NCBI GenBank assembly: GCA_965214705.1
Contig: OZ243972.1
Span: 3,328,001-3,392,000, forward strand
DNA length: 64,000 nucleotides
Reading direction: 5' to 3'
Source: Alphaproteobacteria bacterium
GTDB lineage: Bacteria > Pseudomonadota > Alphaproteobacteria > UBA828
Shown here: positions 30,419 to 41,267 of the stretch, piece by piece
Numbering within the stretch: the stretch's first letter is position 1
Layout of the letters: each line of letters starts with the position of its first letter
Program-made: the position numbers and the translations under genes
Notes under the pieces: generated by a model
What the model was told of the DNA's origin: nothing
What the model saw: only the letters and a program-made list of their open reading frames with translations
Databases searched by the model: none

Positions 30419-33400
30419 ATGGTGATGACGGCGGTTGAGGCGTATTTCGCCGATCTGCGGCGGGTGCGCGCATCGGGCGGGGCGACCGGGGAGCGGTCGC
30501 TCTACGCCCCGCTCGCGAACCTGTTGAACGCCGTCGGCGTGACGCTCAAGCCGAAAGTGTTCTGCGTCGGGGAACTCGCCGACCAAGGCGTCGGCCATCC
30601 CGATTTCGGCCTTTACGCAGCGAAACAGGTTCAGAAGGGCCGGCCGCGCGAGGGGCAGACGCCGGAGGGCGGCGTGGTTGAAGTCAAGGCTGCCGGAGAC
30701 GACGCCTGGCTCACGGCTTCGGGCGATCAGGTCAGCCGTTACTGGGGCCGCTATCGACTGGTGTTGGTGACCAACACACGCGACTTCGTGCTGGTAGGCG
30801 AGGATGCGGCGGGCCGCCCGGCGCGGCTGGAGACGTTCCGACTGGCGGACAGCGTGGACAGCTTCCACCGCAAGTTGGAGAAGCCTCGCGCGTTCGCCGG
30901 AGAAGTCGGCGCGGGTCTTGCCGAATATCTCGCCCGCGCGCTGTCGCATCGTGCGGCGCTTGCCGAGCCGAAGGACCTGGCGTGGCTGCTCGCCTCCTAC
31001 GCCCGCGACGGGCTCGCGCGTGTCGAGGCGGCGGGCGACGCGCCGCAGCTTGCGGCGGTGCGCAAGGCGCTCGAAGAAGCGCTCGGCGTCCGCTTCGAGG
31101 GCGAGCGGGGCGCGCGGTTCTTCCGCTCGACGCTGGTGCAGACGCTGTTCTACGGCGTCTTCTCCGCCTGGGTGTTGTGGGCGCGGCAACTGTCACCGCC
31201 GATGGACGCATTCGACTGGCGCACGGCGGTCTGGCATCTGCGCGCGCCGGTGCTACGGGCCTTGTTCCAGCAACTGTCCGATCCCGGACGATTGCAACCG
31301 CTCGGGCTGGTCGAAGTACTCGACTGGGCCTCCGCCGCACTCGACCGAGTGGACCGTGCCGCCTTCTTCGCTCGCTTCGCCGAGGGCGAGGCGGTGCCCT
31401 ACTTCTACGAGCCGTTTCTCGAAGCCTTCGACCCCGGCCTGCGCAAGCAGCTCGGGGTGTGGTACACGCCGACGGAAGTGGTCCGCTACATGGTCGCCCG
31501 CGTGGACCGTGCATTGAAAGATGACCTCGACATCGCCGACGGGCTGGCGGCAGAGAACGTCTACGTGCTCGATCCCTGCTGCGGGACCGGGGCCTATCTC
31601 GCCGAAGTGCTGCGCCGCATCGCCGCCAATCTCAAGGGCCGGGGCCTGGGCGCGCTCGCTGGGGCGCGGGTGAAGCAGGCGGCGACAGAACGCGTGTTCG
31701 GCTTCGAGATCATGCCCGCGCCTTTCGTGGTGGCGCATCTGCAAGTCGGGCTCACCATGCAGGACCTCGACACGCCGCTGGTCGATGATGGAGATGAACG
31801 TGCCGGCGTCTTCCTTACCAACGCGCTCACCGGCTGGGAGCCGCGCACAACCAAGCCGCTGCCCTTCCCCGAGCTTGAGCAGGAGCGCGACCGGGCGGAG
31901 CGAGTGAAGCAGGAGACGCCGGTCCTCGTGATCCTCGGCAACCCACCCTACAACGGCTTCGCCGGCATGGCGGTGGACGAGGAGCGAGAGCTGTCCGAAG
32001 CCTACCGTTCGACGAAGCGGGTGCGCCGTCCCGAGGGCCAGGGGCTGAACGATCTCTACGTGCGCTTCTTCCGCATGGCGGAGCGGCGCATCGCCGAGAA
32101 GACGGGCCGGGGCGTGGTCTGCTTCATCTCCAACTATTCCTGGCTCGACGGGCTGTCGTTCACGGGAATGCGCGAGCGTTACCTCGAAGCGTTCGACGCG
32201 GTGCGGATCGACTGTCTGAACGGCGACAAGTACAAGACCGGCAAGGTCGCGCCGGACGGCTCGCCGGATCCCAGCATCTTCTCGACCGAGGGCGATCCGG
32301 TGGGCATCCAGGTCGGCACCGCCATCGCAACCATGGTGCGCAAGGCCGATCACGCGCCAGGCCGGGCGGTCGGTTTCCGCCACCTGTGGGGACAGGCCAA
32401 GCCTGCCGAACTGACAGCGACGGCGGAAACGGAGCCGAGCGTGCTCTACGACACGATCGAGCCGGTGCTGCCGCTCGGCTTGCCGTTCGCGCGGACGGCG
32501 GTGAGCGAGAACTGGTTCGACTGGCCGGCCCTGCCCGATCTGTTTCCGGTGTCGTTTCCGGGGGTGAAGACCAGCCGCGACGGGTTTCTGGTCGATACCG
32601 ACCTCGACCGGCTCAAGAAGCGTATCGGTGACTACTTCGATCCGGCCTTGAACCACGAGGAAATCGCGCAGCGCTATCCGGGCGTCATGAAGACCACGGC
32701 ACGGTTCGATGCCCGTGCGGTGCGCGATGCGCTGCTCGCGCGTGGCGGGCCGGATGAGGCCGGGTTCTTCCGCTTCGCTTACCGGCCCTTCGACAACCGA
32801 TGGCTCTACTGGGAGGCGGATGGCGGGCTGCTTGATCGTCCGCGCGCCGACTACCGGCCGCACGTGTTCGAGGGGAATCTGTGGCTTGAGGCACGGGAAC
32901 GAGAAGCCAAGGAAGACTTTTCGCGTGGTACCGTGGTCCGGCATCTCGCTGATAACTTCGGTAACGGGCTGTCGAGTTTCTTTCCCACACGGCTCCGCGA
33001 CGACGGTCTTGGAAGCGATGGCGGCGGGGCGTACCGCGCCAATCTTTCGGGGTCGGCACGTCGCTACCTCGAACGCCTTGGACTCGGTGTCGAGGACCTG
33101 TTTCATCATGTCATTGCCGTCCTCCACGATACCGCTTATCGCGAGGACAATGCCGGGGCGCTGCGCATGGAGTGGCCGCGCATCCCGCTCCCAGCTTGGC
33201 CCGATGGTACCGACATTGGTGCGGTGGAAGCGCTCGCCGCGTCCGCCGCGCGCGGTCGCGAACTCGCGGCCCTGCTCGACTCCGAAACGCCGGTGCCGGG
33301 TCTCACCGAACCGCCCTTGCGTCCCGAGATCGCCGCCATCGCAGTCCCGGCCACCACCGACGGCCGCAACATGACCGGCGACGACTTCCTGGTGACGGCA

Positions 33401-33730
33401 GGTTGGGGCCACTTCGGGACAGGCGAGGCAGTGATGCCCGGCCAGGGCCGCGCCGTCGAACGCCCTTACACGCCGGATGAGCGCACCGCTCTGGGCGATG
33501 CCTTGACCGCGCTGGGCGGCGAAACCACCTTCGATGTGTACCTGAACGCCAACGCCTACTGGCGCAACGTCCCCGCCGCCGTCTGGACCTACAAGCTGGG
33601 CGGCTACCAAGTCCTCAAGAAATGGCTCTCTTACCGCGAACGCGCTATCCTCGGCCGCCCGCTGAAGCCCGAGGAAGTCCAGTACTTCGCCGAAACGGGG
33701 CGGCGTATCGCGTCGATCCTGCTGATGTAG
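30419..33730 (+). CDS. Single-chain REase-N6-adenine MTase with type ISP-like C-terminal specificity domain
   Basis: N-terminal PD..EVK nuclease motif, VLDPCCGTG (motif I), GNPPY (motif IV), YRPFD and KLGGYQVLKKWLSYR; no helicase motifs. Confidence 0.85.
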   Translation: MVMTAVEAYFADLRRVRASGGATGERSLYAPLANLLNAVGVTLKPKVFCVGELADQGVGHPDFGLYAAKQVQKGRPREGQTPEGGVVEVKAAGDDAWLTASGDQVSRYWGRYRLVLVTNTRDFVLVGEDAAGRPARLETFRLADSVDSFHRKLEKPRAFAGEVGAGLAEYLARALSHRAALAEPKDLAWLLASYARDGLARVEAAGDAPQLAAVRKALEEALGVRFEGERGARFFRSTLVQTLFYGVFSAWVLWARQLSPPMDAFDWRTAVWHLRAPVLRALFQQLSDPGRLQPLGLVEVLDWASAALDRVDRAAFFARFAEGEAVPYFYEPFLEAFDPGLRKQLGVWYTPTEVVRYMVARVDRALKDDLDIADGLAAENVYVLDPCCGTGAYLAEVLRRIAANLKGRGLGALAGARVKQAATERVFGFEIMPAPFVVAHLQVGLTMQDLDTPLVDDGDERAGVFLTNALTGWEPRTTKPLPFPELEQERDRAERVKQETPVLVILGNPPYNGFAGMAVDEERELSEAYRSTKRVRRPEGQGLNDLYVRFFRMAERRIAEKTGRGVVCFISNYSWLDGLSFTGMRERYLEAFDAVRIDCLNGDKYKTGKVAPDGSPDPSIFSTEGDPVGIQVGTAIATMVRKADHAPGRAVGFRHLWGQAKPAELTATAETEPSVLYDTIEPVLPLGLPFARTAVSENWFDWPALPDLFPVSFPGVKTSRDGFLVDTDLDRLKKRIGDYFDPALNHEEIAQRYPGVMKTTARFDARAVRDALLARGGPDEAGFFRFAYRPFDNRWLYWEADGGLLDRPRADYRPHVFEGNLWLEAREREAKEDFSRGTVVRHLADNFGNGLSSFFPTRLRDDGLGSDGGGAYRANLSGSARRYLERLGLGVEDLFHHVIAVLHDTAYREDNAGALRMEWPRIPLPAWPDGTDIGAVEALAASAARGRELAALLDSETPVPGLTEPPLRPEIAAIAVPATTDGRNMTGDDFLVTAGWGHFGTGEAVMPGQGRAVERPYTPDERTALGDALTALGGETTFDVYLNANAYWRNVPAAVWTYKLGGYQVLKKWLSYRERAILGRPLKPEEVQYFAETGRRIASILLM

Positions 33731-33745
33731 TCTAGGAAATCATCC

Positions 33746-34603
33746 GTGACTTTGAATAGATCAAAACAACACCACTACATTCCTGTAATGCTGATCAAAA
33801 ACTTCTGTGAGAACGGTCAAGTATGGGTGTGTCACAAGAATGAGAAGCGTATTTTCAAAGTATCGCCAAACAATATATTCAAAGAGAATAATTCATACGC
33901 CAGCTATGACCTAGATAATTTTCAAGTTAAATCTGACAAACACGAAGTAACTCTTTCAGGAATTGAAAGTGACGCTGCACCAGTTGTCCGGAAAATCATA
34001 GCGCATTCACGATGCAATGAACATCCCAAGCTCTCCTTGTCAGAGAGGCGTGTTTGGAAGGCGTTCTACTGCGCTTCCTGCCGGAGGACACCGGAGTTCG
34101 CGCGGAAATTGTTGAATCTTGATGGATTTGACGATGTCTTTCACTTGGTATGTGAGCAGTTGCTCCATCAGACTGGAATAGATTGCCCGGACAAAGAGGT
34201 TCTTGCACGGGAGGTCGCGCTCAGACCCGCAAAGGATGTTGTGAAGCAAAACACCAAGGCCCGCTTCGCCTCTGGAGATCATCCCCGCCTTAAAGCGCAC
34301 GTTGAGCGTTTCTCCCGTGAAACCGGCTTGATGATTTCTGTCATTCGCCGGCCAAACAGAAGCTTCGTTATTGGCAGCCATGGCATCTCCATCGTTCCAC
34401 GAGGCAAGGCGATTGGCGGTTGGCTTCCCATTGCGCATGATGTCGCAGTGACACCTACCGCGTATGCTGATAGGGAGATTCTACTTGCGCTAGATAACGA
34501 CCACGATCAAATCATTAGAGCGGTCAATAGAGCCTCCTTTCAGAGCTCCCAATTCGTCGCCGCAATATCCGAATCCTTGATCAGGTCACTTATGAATCGG
34601 TAA
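33746..34603 (+). CDS. DUF4238-like protein
   Basis: KQHHYIP..IKNF N-terminal motif and ..IESDAAPVVRKI; visibly lower GC than its neighbours. Confidence 0.75.
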   Translation: MTLNRSKQHHYIPVMLIKNFCENGQVWVCHKNEKRIFKVSPNNIFKENNSYASYDLDNFQVKSDKHEVTLSGIESDAAPVVRKIIAHSRCNEHPKLSLSERRVWKAFYCASCRRTPEFARKLLNLDGFDDVFHLVCEQLLHQTGIDCPDKEVLAREVALRPAKDVVKQNTKARFASGDHPRLKAHVERFSRETGLMISVIRRPNRSFVIGSHGISIVPRGKAIGGWLPIAHDVAVTPTAYADREILLALDNDHDQIIRAVNRASFQSSQFVAAISESLIRSLMNR

Positions 34604-34629
34604 CTGCGACAAAGACTCATTGGAAACGT

Positions 34630-34812
34630 CCGTACCCCGGCTTTCATCCCCTCCGCGATGATACATCCCACTCGCTCCGCCGCTTTCACGAGGTGGTCGT
34701 CGGCGAAATGGGCGTGGGCCGCCGTGGTCCGGTGCTGCCAATGCCCGTGCAGTTTACCGACCAAGGGGGAGATTTTCGCCGAACATCACGGCTTGGCTGG
34801 CCGCTGTGTGAC
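34630..34812 (-). pseudogene. C-terminal remnant of a tyrosine integrase
   Basis: HTAASQAVMFGENLPLVGKLHGHWQHRTTAAHAHFADDHLVKAAERVG; catalytic Tyr replaced by His. Confidence 0.7.
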
Positions 34813-34900
34813 GGTTGTCAGAGATGCCGGCCACGACATACTCACTCAAGGCGCACGCGTGACCTGCGAGGTGACGGAGGGACGGCGCGGTCGGTGGTGT
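34808..34900 (+). pseudogene. Remnant of the first cold-shock domain of a two-CSD gene
   Basis: VTVVRDAGHDILTQGARVTCEVTEGRRG; continues at 53549. Confidence 0.65.
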
Positions 34901-35260
34901 GCGAAGATCTTGAAACCGGCTTGGTGTGCTGAACGATCTGACTAGGGTTGCTCATTCTCCTGCATAAGAGACTATTATAACGTCATTTTATGCCTGTGGC
35001 AAGGATAATCGAAAGAGGCTAGTTCAGTGCATTAGGGAGTGTTTGAATGGTATCTTTAGTTGCATTCAGGGAAGTAGGATGTATATCTGCTGAATGATGC
35101 ATGAGCGGTGGTAGTCGGGTCAAACGGAGATCATGAGCGATCGTGGATCAAGGATAGCGAGAGAAGTCATTCGGGATATTGTAGGATCATAAATCAGTCT
35201 AGCACAGGATTATGATACCTTGTGTATTCGGCTTCGAGCATCGTCCGGGGGAGGTCTGCG

Positions 35261-35385
35261 ATGAGCGGGAATGCGAGCGGGCACCGTCAGCGAGCGGTGA
35301 TGGCGTCGGATACGGAGTGGGAGATAATCGGCCGGGTGGCGAAACGGCGCAGCATGGACCGCTCGCGCTACCTGACATGGCGGAA
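35261..35385 (+). pseudogene. Truncated RHH/MobC-like gene (copy A)
   Basis: HRQRAVMASDTEWEIIGRVAKRRSMDRSRYL, homologous to the copies at 49762 and 63215; fused by deletion to the traA remnant. Confidence 0.7.
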
Positions 35386-38300
35386 TCCATGGCGTCAGAC
35401 ACCGGCCACGGGTTGCCGGAAGAGGCGGTGGCGTTGAAGGTCGAGACGCTGCTGGATCGGAACTATCCGCTGAGCCAGGAGCAGTCGCTGGCGATCAGGC
35501 ACGCCACCGCGAAGGGCGGACGCGTGGCGGTGATCGAAGGCGCTGCGGGCTCGGGCAAGACCACGACGCTCCGTCCCATCACCGACCTGCACAGGGAGCA
35601 CGGCTACGAGATCGTGCCGACGGCAGTCGCCTGGCGGACGGCGGTGGCGCTCGGCGACGACTGCGACGCCCGCCCCTACTGCGTGGACAAGCTGCTGAAG
35701 CTCGCCGCCAAGGGACAGCTGGAGATCGGCCGAAACACCTTGATCGTGGTGGACGAGGCGGGGATGCTGTCCACCCGGCAGGCGCACCACATCCTCCAGC
35801 TCTCCGAGCGCCACGGGGCGAAGGTGGTGTTCGCTGGCGACACCCGTCAGCAGCAGCCCGTGGAGGCTGGGCCGGGTCTGAGACTCATCCGCGACGTCGC
35901 CGGCAGCGTCCGCGTCGACCGCATCCGGCGCCAGAAGGCGGACCTCGAGGACGTGCTGGTTCAGGTGCGTGGGGAGACGCCGGAGCACGCCCGCTTCCGG
36001 GCCGGGCTGACCTCGCGGGAGGAGCGCGATGCCATCCTTGCCGACTACGAGGCGATGGAGAAGAAACCCCTGTTCACGCCCTGGCAGGTGGCGGCCTCGG
36101 AGGCGCTCAGGGACGGCGACGCGGAACAGGCGATCGAGGCATGGCACCTCCGGGGCCGGCTTCATCTCTGCTACGACGAGGAGAAGACGCTCAAGCGTCT
36201 CGTGGACGACTGGGCGCGGCACATGGGGGCCGAGCCCGAAAAATCCGCCGTGGTGCTCGCGCGCACGCGCGCCGAGGCCCGGGCGCTCTCGTGGCTGATG
36301 CGGGAGCGGGTGCTTGCCCGAACGCCGGAAGCGAAGCGCGCCGTCATCGAAGTGAGTCGGGACCTGGACGGGCGGGTAACGGAGCCGCTGGAGATCGCCG
36401 TCGGCGACCGCCTCCGCATCGGCGCCACGCAGTGGGAGAAGCAGCTCTTCAACGGCACCGTGGTCACGGTGGAGGATCTGGAGGTGCGCCACGGGGAGCA
36501 CGCGGCGGTCTCACGCAAGGTCCGGAACCGGCAGGCCGGCGGGCGTGAGAGTCGCGGCCCGGAGGCAGGTGAGAAACGGCTTGAAGCGGGCCGTGCAAGG
36601 GAAGGGTTCGAAAGGAATGCGGAAAACGTGCCATCGGTGTTCATCACGGCGTGTACCGACGATGGGCGCAGGGTCTCGTTCCGGCACGACGAGATCCGTG
36701 ACTTCCACGACAACATCCGCCTCGACTACGGCTATGCCATGACCATCGCGTCCGCCCAGGGGATCACGGTCGACCGGGCCTTCCTCCTGATCGACGAGCG
36801 GCCCTCCCGCGAGACCGTCTATCCCGCCGCGACCCGCCATCGCGAGGGGATCGACGTCTACGTAAACCGCGCGCCCATCGTCTTCGACATCGCAGAGCAC
36901 CGGCCCGAGGACGAGGCGGACATGCCCGTCACAGACAGCGATGTGCGGGCGTATCTGGCGGAGCGATGGTCGCGCTCCCAGCCCAAGGAAGCGGCGCTCG
37001 ATTACATCGCGGACGGCGCATGGCGGGACGCGAGAGAAAGTGCTCAGCTCGCGGCACGGCCTGGAACGCAGCCCGGAGCGCAGCTCGGGCGGGGCGGCAA
37101 CGGGAACGGGGAAAGCCGGTCGCGGAATGCGGCGCGCGGCGGTCCCGGCGAACGGCAGGGAGACGCGGCAACGGCGCAGCGGCGGCGAACGACAACGCCA
37201 TCGTGCGAATCGCCCGCGAAATCCGCCACGCGGTCAACGGCTGGCGTCACGGTGCGGCCGTCGACGCCTTCGCGGCGGAGAGCACCGAGGTCATGGCGGC
37301 ATGGGACGAGCTTCGCAAGCGCGCACGCGCCGAGGGCGAGGCGGTGGCGCTCAGCCCCGCCTTCCGCGAGACCCTCGACCGTCACCGCGCGCTGATGAAG
37401 CAGGCCGCGTCCTTCCGCTCCCGGCCGCAGGTGTTCGAACGCCTGCTCGCCGACCGCGCCGGCATCGGCGAAGCCGAAATCGCGGAGCTTCGCGATCTGC
37501 ACTCGCGCGCCGGCAGGTATCGGCGCTCTGTCACGGCCAGGGCCGCTCACCGGGCGCGGCAGGACGCGCAGCGCCAAGACGCGCAGCGCCAGGACGCACC
37601 GCGCGAAGAAGCGGGGGTCGTCGCAGCCGAGGCTGTCGCAGCCGGGATCGCCGCCCCTGCCGCCGGGCCCGCTCCCGAAGAGTCCCTGCCGCCGAAGACC
37701 TCGGAAGCCCTCGCGCCCGTCCTGGAGCGCGATGCCCCGCCCGATTGGCGCGCGCTCTACAGGGAGCTGCAACACGACTGGAACGATCTTGTCCAGCGCG
37801 CCGAAGAACCCGATTTTCCGCTACCCCTGATAGACGGGTACGACGCGCTGATCCGCCGCGTCCGCGCGCTCGCCGATAATCCGGGCCTCTCGCAGCGCGC
37901 TCGCAGCGTGATCGACGGGCTCCTCGATTACCATGACGACGAGACCGTCGCCCGCGAGATCGCCGAGGGTTCAGGGCGAATTTATTGTCCGCCGGTCGAG
38001 CCGGTTGAGCTGAAGTCGGAGCTGACCATTCTGTTCTCGATGTGGCAGTGTGCCGCTCATGGCGACGCTGCCGGTTCCGGATTCGTCCATTGATCTGCGC
38101 GCGGTCACGGTGCGCCCGACCTGGGGCGCGCGGGAGCACCGGCGCTGGGACCGGCTGGTTGAGGAGCACCACTATCTGGCGTTCCACGGCGTCATCGGCA
38201 AGGGCCTGCGCCATGTCGCGGTGCACGGCGAGACTTGGCTCGCACTGATCGGCTGGCAGCCTGGCGCGTTCAAGCTGGGCGCGCGGGATCGCTGGATCGG

Positions 38301-39107
38301 GTGGTCGGCGGAGCAGCAGTTCCGGCGCCTGCATCTGATCGCCAACAACTCGCGTTTTGTCATTCTGACGCCTGAGCGGGTGCCGAACCTGGCCTCCCGT
38401 GTGCTGGGGCTGAGCCTGCGGCGGCTGTCGCAGGACATGCAGGCGGCGCACGGATATCCGGCTCTTCTGGCGGAGACGTTTGTGGACGTCTCGCGCTTCG
38501 CCGGCACCTGCTACCGCGCGTCGAATTGGCGCTCGCTGGGGCTGACGCGCGGCTTTGCCCGTGAGCCCGGAGGGGCGGCGCGCTGGCGTCACCACGGCCA
38601 GCCCAAGGAGGTCTTCGTGTTCGAACTGACAGACGGCGCGCCTGAGGCGCTGAGCCGGGTCGAGATGCCGGCAAACTGGAGCGCTGAGCAGCACACCGAG
38701 CCGATGGCCGCGCCCCGGCTGCGCAGCCTGTTCGAGTGTCTGGGCGAGGTGCCGGAGTACCGCCATGCCCGGGGCAAGCGCTATGAGCTCAATACCATTC
38801 TGACGCTTGCCACAGCCGCGCGGCTTGCCGGCTACCGGGGGGTGAACGCATTCGCCCAGTTCGCCGCCCTGCTCTCCCAGGAGCAGCTCAAGGCGGTGGG
38901 CGCCTTCTGGAGCCCGTCCAGGCAGCGCTACACCGCGCCCGCGATCACCACCTTCCACAACGTCCTTGCCGCGCTGCCGCCGGAGACCCTGGACAACGCC
39001 ATCGGCCAGTGGACCGGTCAGCACAACGTAAGCGGTACGCAGACCCCATACCGGAATCTGGCTTGACTACGACGGGGATTTCTTGAGGAGCGCCGTGAGC
39101 GCGCGAG

Positions 39108-40823
39108 TCATTTTGCCTCGGGCTGGAAGTTCCACGGCAGAAGCTCCTGGATGCCCGACTGCGGGTGGCCCTTGGCGATCTTCTCGAGCGTGCTCCGCAT
39201 CCAGGCGTAGGGCTCGACGCCGTTCATCTTGCAGGTCTCGATCAGCGAGGCGATGCGGGCCCAGGCTTGCGCACCCTCGTCGTTGCCGGCGAAGAGCGCG
39301 TTCTTGGCGGTGAGCTTCAGCGGCCGGATTCGGTTTTCCACCAGGTTCGAGTCGATCTCGACACGACCGTCGTGCAGGAACTCCAGCAGCCCGTCCCACT
39401 GGTTGGCGATATAGGTCAGCTTCTCGCCGAGACGCGAGCGCGGTGAGACGCGCGAGCGCTGCTCGTCGAGCCAGACACCGAAGGTGTTCACGATCGGCGC
39501 CGACTCCTCCCAACGGATCGCGCGGCGCTCCGCCGGCGGCTTGCCCCGGATCTTCTTCTCGATCGCATAGAGCTTCGCGATCCGATTCAGACCGGCCAGC
39601 GCGATCGGCGATGCGCTCGAGTCGTATACCTCTTTCAGCTTCCGTCTTACATGCGCCCAACAGAGGGCCCGCGTCACAGGGCCTTCCGCCCGGTCCGGCC
39701 GCGCCAGGATGTTGTGGCCCGAGTAGCCGTCGAGCTGCACCGTCCCCGAAAAGCCCTCCATAAGCTCGGCGCCATACTTGCCGCCGCGGCCGGGCGCATA
39801 GCGATAGACGACGCCCGGCGGGTCCGTGCCGCTCCAGTGGCGCTCGTCACGCACAAGGGTCCACATGTAGCCCGTCTTCGTCTTGCCCCGGCCCGGGTCG
39901 AGAACGCGGATCGTGGTCTCGTCCAGACCCAGGTGATCCGACTTCTTCAGCTCATCCTCCAGGCAAGCGACCACGGGGCGCAGGTGAAACGACGCCTGGC
40001 CCACCCACGTCGCCAGCGTCGCACGGTGAACCTCGATCCCCGAGCGCTCGTAGATCTGCGACTGGCGATAGAGCGGGCAATGATCGCCGTACTTCGCGAT
40101 CAGCACCTGCGCCAGAAGAGCCTCGGTGGGAAGGCCGCCCTCGACCAGAGCGGCCGGCGCCGGCGACTGCACCACCCCGCCCCCCTTGCACTTGTTGCAG
40201 GCGTAGCGGGGGCGCACGGTCTCGATGACGGTGAACTTCGCCGGCTCATAGTCCAGCCGCTCGCTGCGGTCCTCGCCGATCTTCGTCATCTCGCCGCAGC
40301 CGCAGGGGCACATGATCGTGTCCGGCTCGATCACCTCCTCGCGCCGGTCGACCTGGGGCCCGAAGCGCACCCCGCTGCGCGACCCCCGGGAAGAGCGCCG
40401 CCGGCGCTTGCCGCCAGCCCCCTCGTCCTGCTCCTGGTCATCTGCCTCGGGCCGACCGCCGGCTTCAGCGATCGCCGCCCAAAACTCCTCGAACGTAAGC
40501 TGGCGCTCGTCCTCGCCGAGCTTCTCGGAGCGCGGACCGAACAGCGCCTTCCTGAGCTCCTTGTTGAGATGCTCAAGCCGGCTGATCTGCTCCGCGCTCT
40601 GCGCGTTCTCGGCCTCCAGCCGTGCCGCCCGCGCTTCCGCCGTCTGCCTCGCCGCCTCCGCCGCGCCGCGTGCCTGCTCCGCTTCGCATAGGGCTGCTTC
40701 CGTCGCCCGGCGCGCCGCGCGCTCGTCGTCAAGCTCCGCATGCAGGGCCGCCAGCGCCGCCGAAACCACCGCAGGCGACGGCGAACCGGCGCTGCTGAGG
40801 GGTGAGGGCGTGACCTTCGGCAT
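39108..40823 (-). CDS. tnpC: IS66 transposase TnpC
   Basis: LFGPRSEK, Zn finger, PLYRQ, DETT, DGYSG, CWAHVRRK, SNLVENRIR. Confidence 0.93.
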   Translation of the reverse strand: MPKVTPSPLSSAGSPSPAVVSAALAALHAELDDERAARRATEAALCEAEQARGAAEAARQTAEARAARLEAENAQSAEQISRLEHLNKELRKALFGPRSEKLGEDERQLTFEEFWAAIAEAGGRPEADDQEQDEGAGGKRRRRSSRGSRSGVRFGPQVDRREEVIEPDTIMCPCGCGEMTKIGEDRSERLDYEPAKFTVIETVRPRYACNKCKGGGVVQSPAPAALVEGGLPTEALLAQVLIAKYGDHCPLYRQSQIYERSGIEVHRATLATWVGQASFHLRPVVACLEDELKKSDHLGLDETTIRVLDPGRGKTKTGYMWTLVRDERHWSGTDPPGVVYRYAPGRGGKYGAELMEGFSGTVQLDGYSGHNILARPDRAEGPVTRALCWAHVRRKLKEVYDSSASPIALAGLNRIAKLYAIEKKIRGKPPAERRAIRWEESAPIVNTFGVWLDEQRSRVSPRSRLGEKLTYIANQWDGLLEFLHDGRVEIDSNLVENRIRPLKLTAKNALFAGNDEGAQAWARIASLIETCKMNGVEPYAWMRSTLEKIAKGHPQSGIQELLPWNFQPEAK

Positions 40824-40916
40824 GGGCCACCCCTTAATCCGATTCGCCAATGCATGACCAGGGAAAAGTGCAGGCGGGACCGCGACCGAAATCTGCGGCC
40901 CCGCCTGCGTGCCGCC

Positions 40917-41267
40917 TCACTCCGCCGCCAGCGGGCGGCGAACCGGGCGGGCCTTCACCCGGCGCCAGTCCAGACCCTCGAAGAGGGCCTCGAACTGGCC
41001 CTTCGTAAGGCGCATCACACCATCCTCGATCCGAGGCCAGGCGAAGCGGCCCTGCTCCAGACGCTTGTAGGTCATCACCAGACCGCTGCCGTCCCACGCA
41101 AGGAGCTTGAGCCTGTCGCCGCGGCGCGAGCGGAAGATCACGATCACCCCGGAATAGATATCGAGGTCCAGCTCCCCCGCCGCCGTCGCCGCAAGCGCGT
41201 CGTGGCCGCGACGAAAATCAACCGGCCGCGTCGCCAACACGATGCGAAGCGAGGGGGCCGCGATCAT
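40917..41267 (-). CDS. tnpB: IS66 accessory protein TnpB
   Basis: PVDFRRGHD, RLKLLAWDGSG, KRLEQGRF. Confidence 0.93.
   Translation of the reverse strand: MIAAPSLRIVLATRPVDFRRGHDALAATAAGELDLDIYSGVIVIFRSRRGDRLKLLAWDGSGLVMTYKRLEQGRFAWPRIEDGVMRLTKGQFEALFEGLDWRRVKARPVRRPLAAE

Noticed and set aside
31253-33610. Long antisense ORFs (also 41960-43981, 6352-7953, 28052-29842)
   Set aside because: High-GC shadow frames opposite well-supported genes, with no recognisable motifs.
37560-37604. 15-bp tandem repeat (QDAQR x3)
   Set aside because: Short in-frame slippage in a pseudogene linker, with no evidence of function.
35386-37971. Functional conjugation module
   Set aside because: The relaxase domain is deleted, the gene is frameshifted and interrupted, and no T4SS or coupling protein is in the window.
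38059-39027. Druantia defence system
   Set aside because: The DUF4338-like domain is part of an IS transposase, and no DruE helicase or other dru genes are present.
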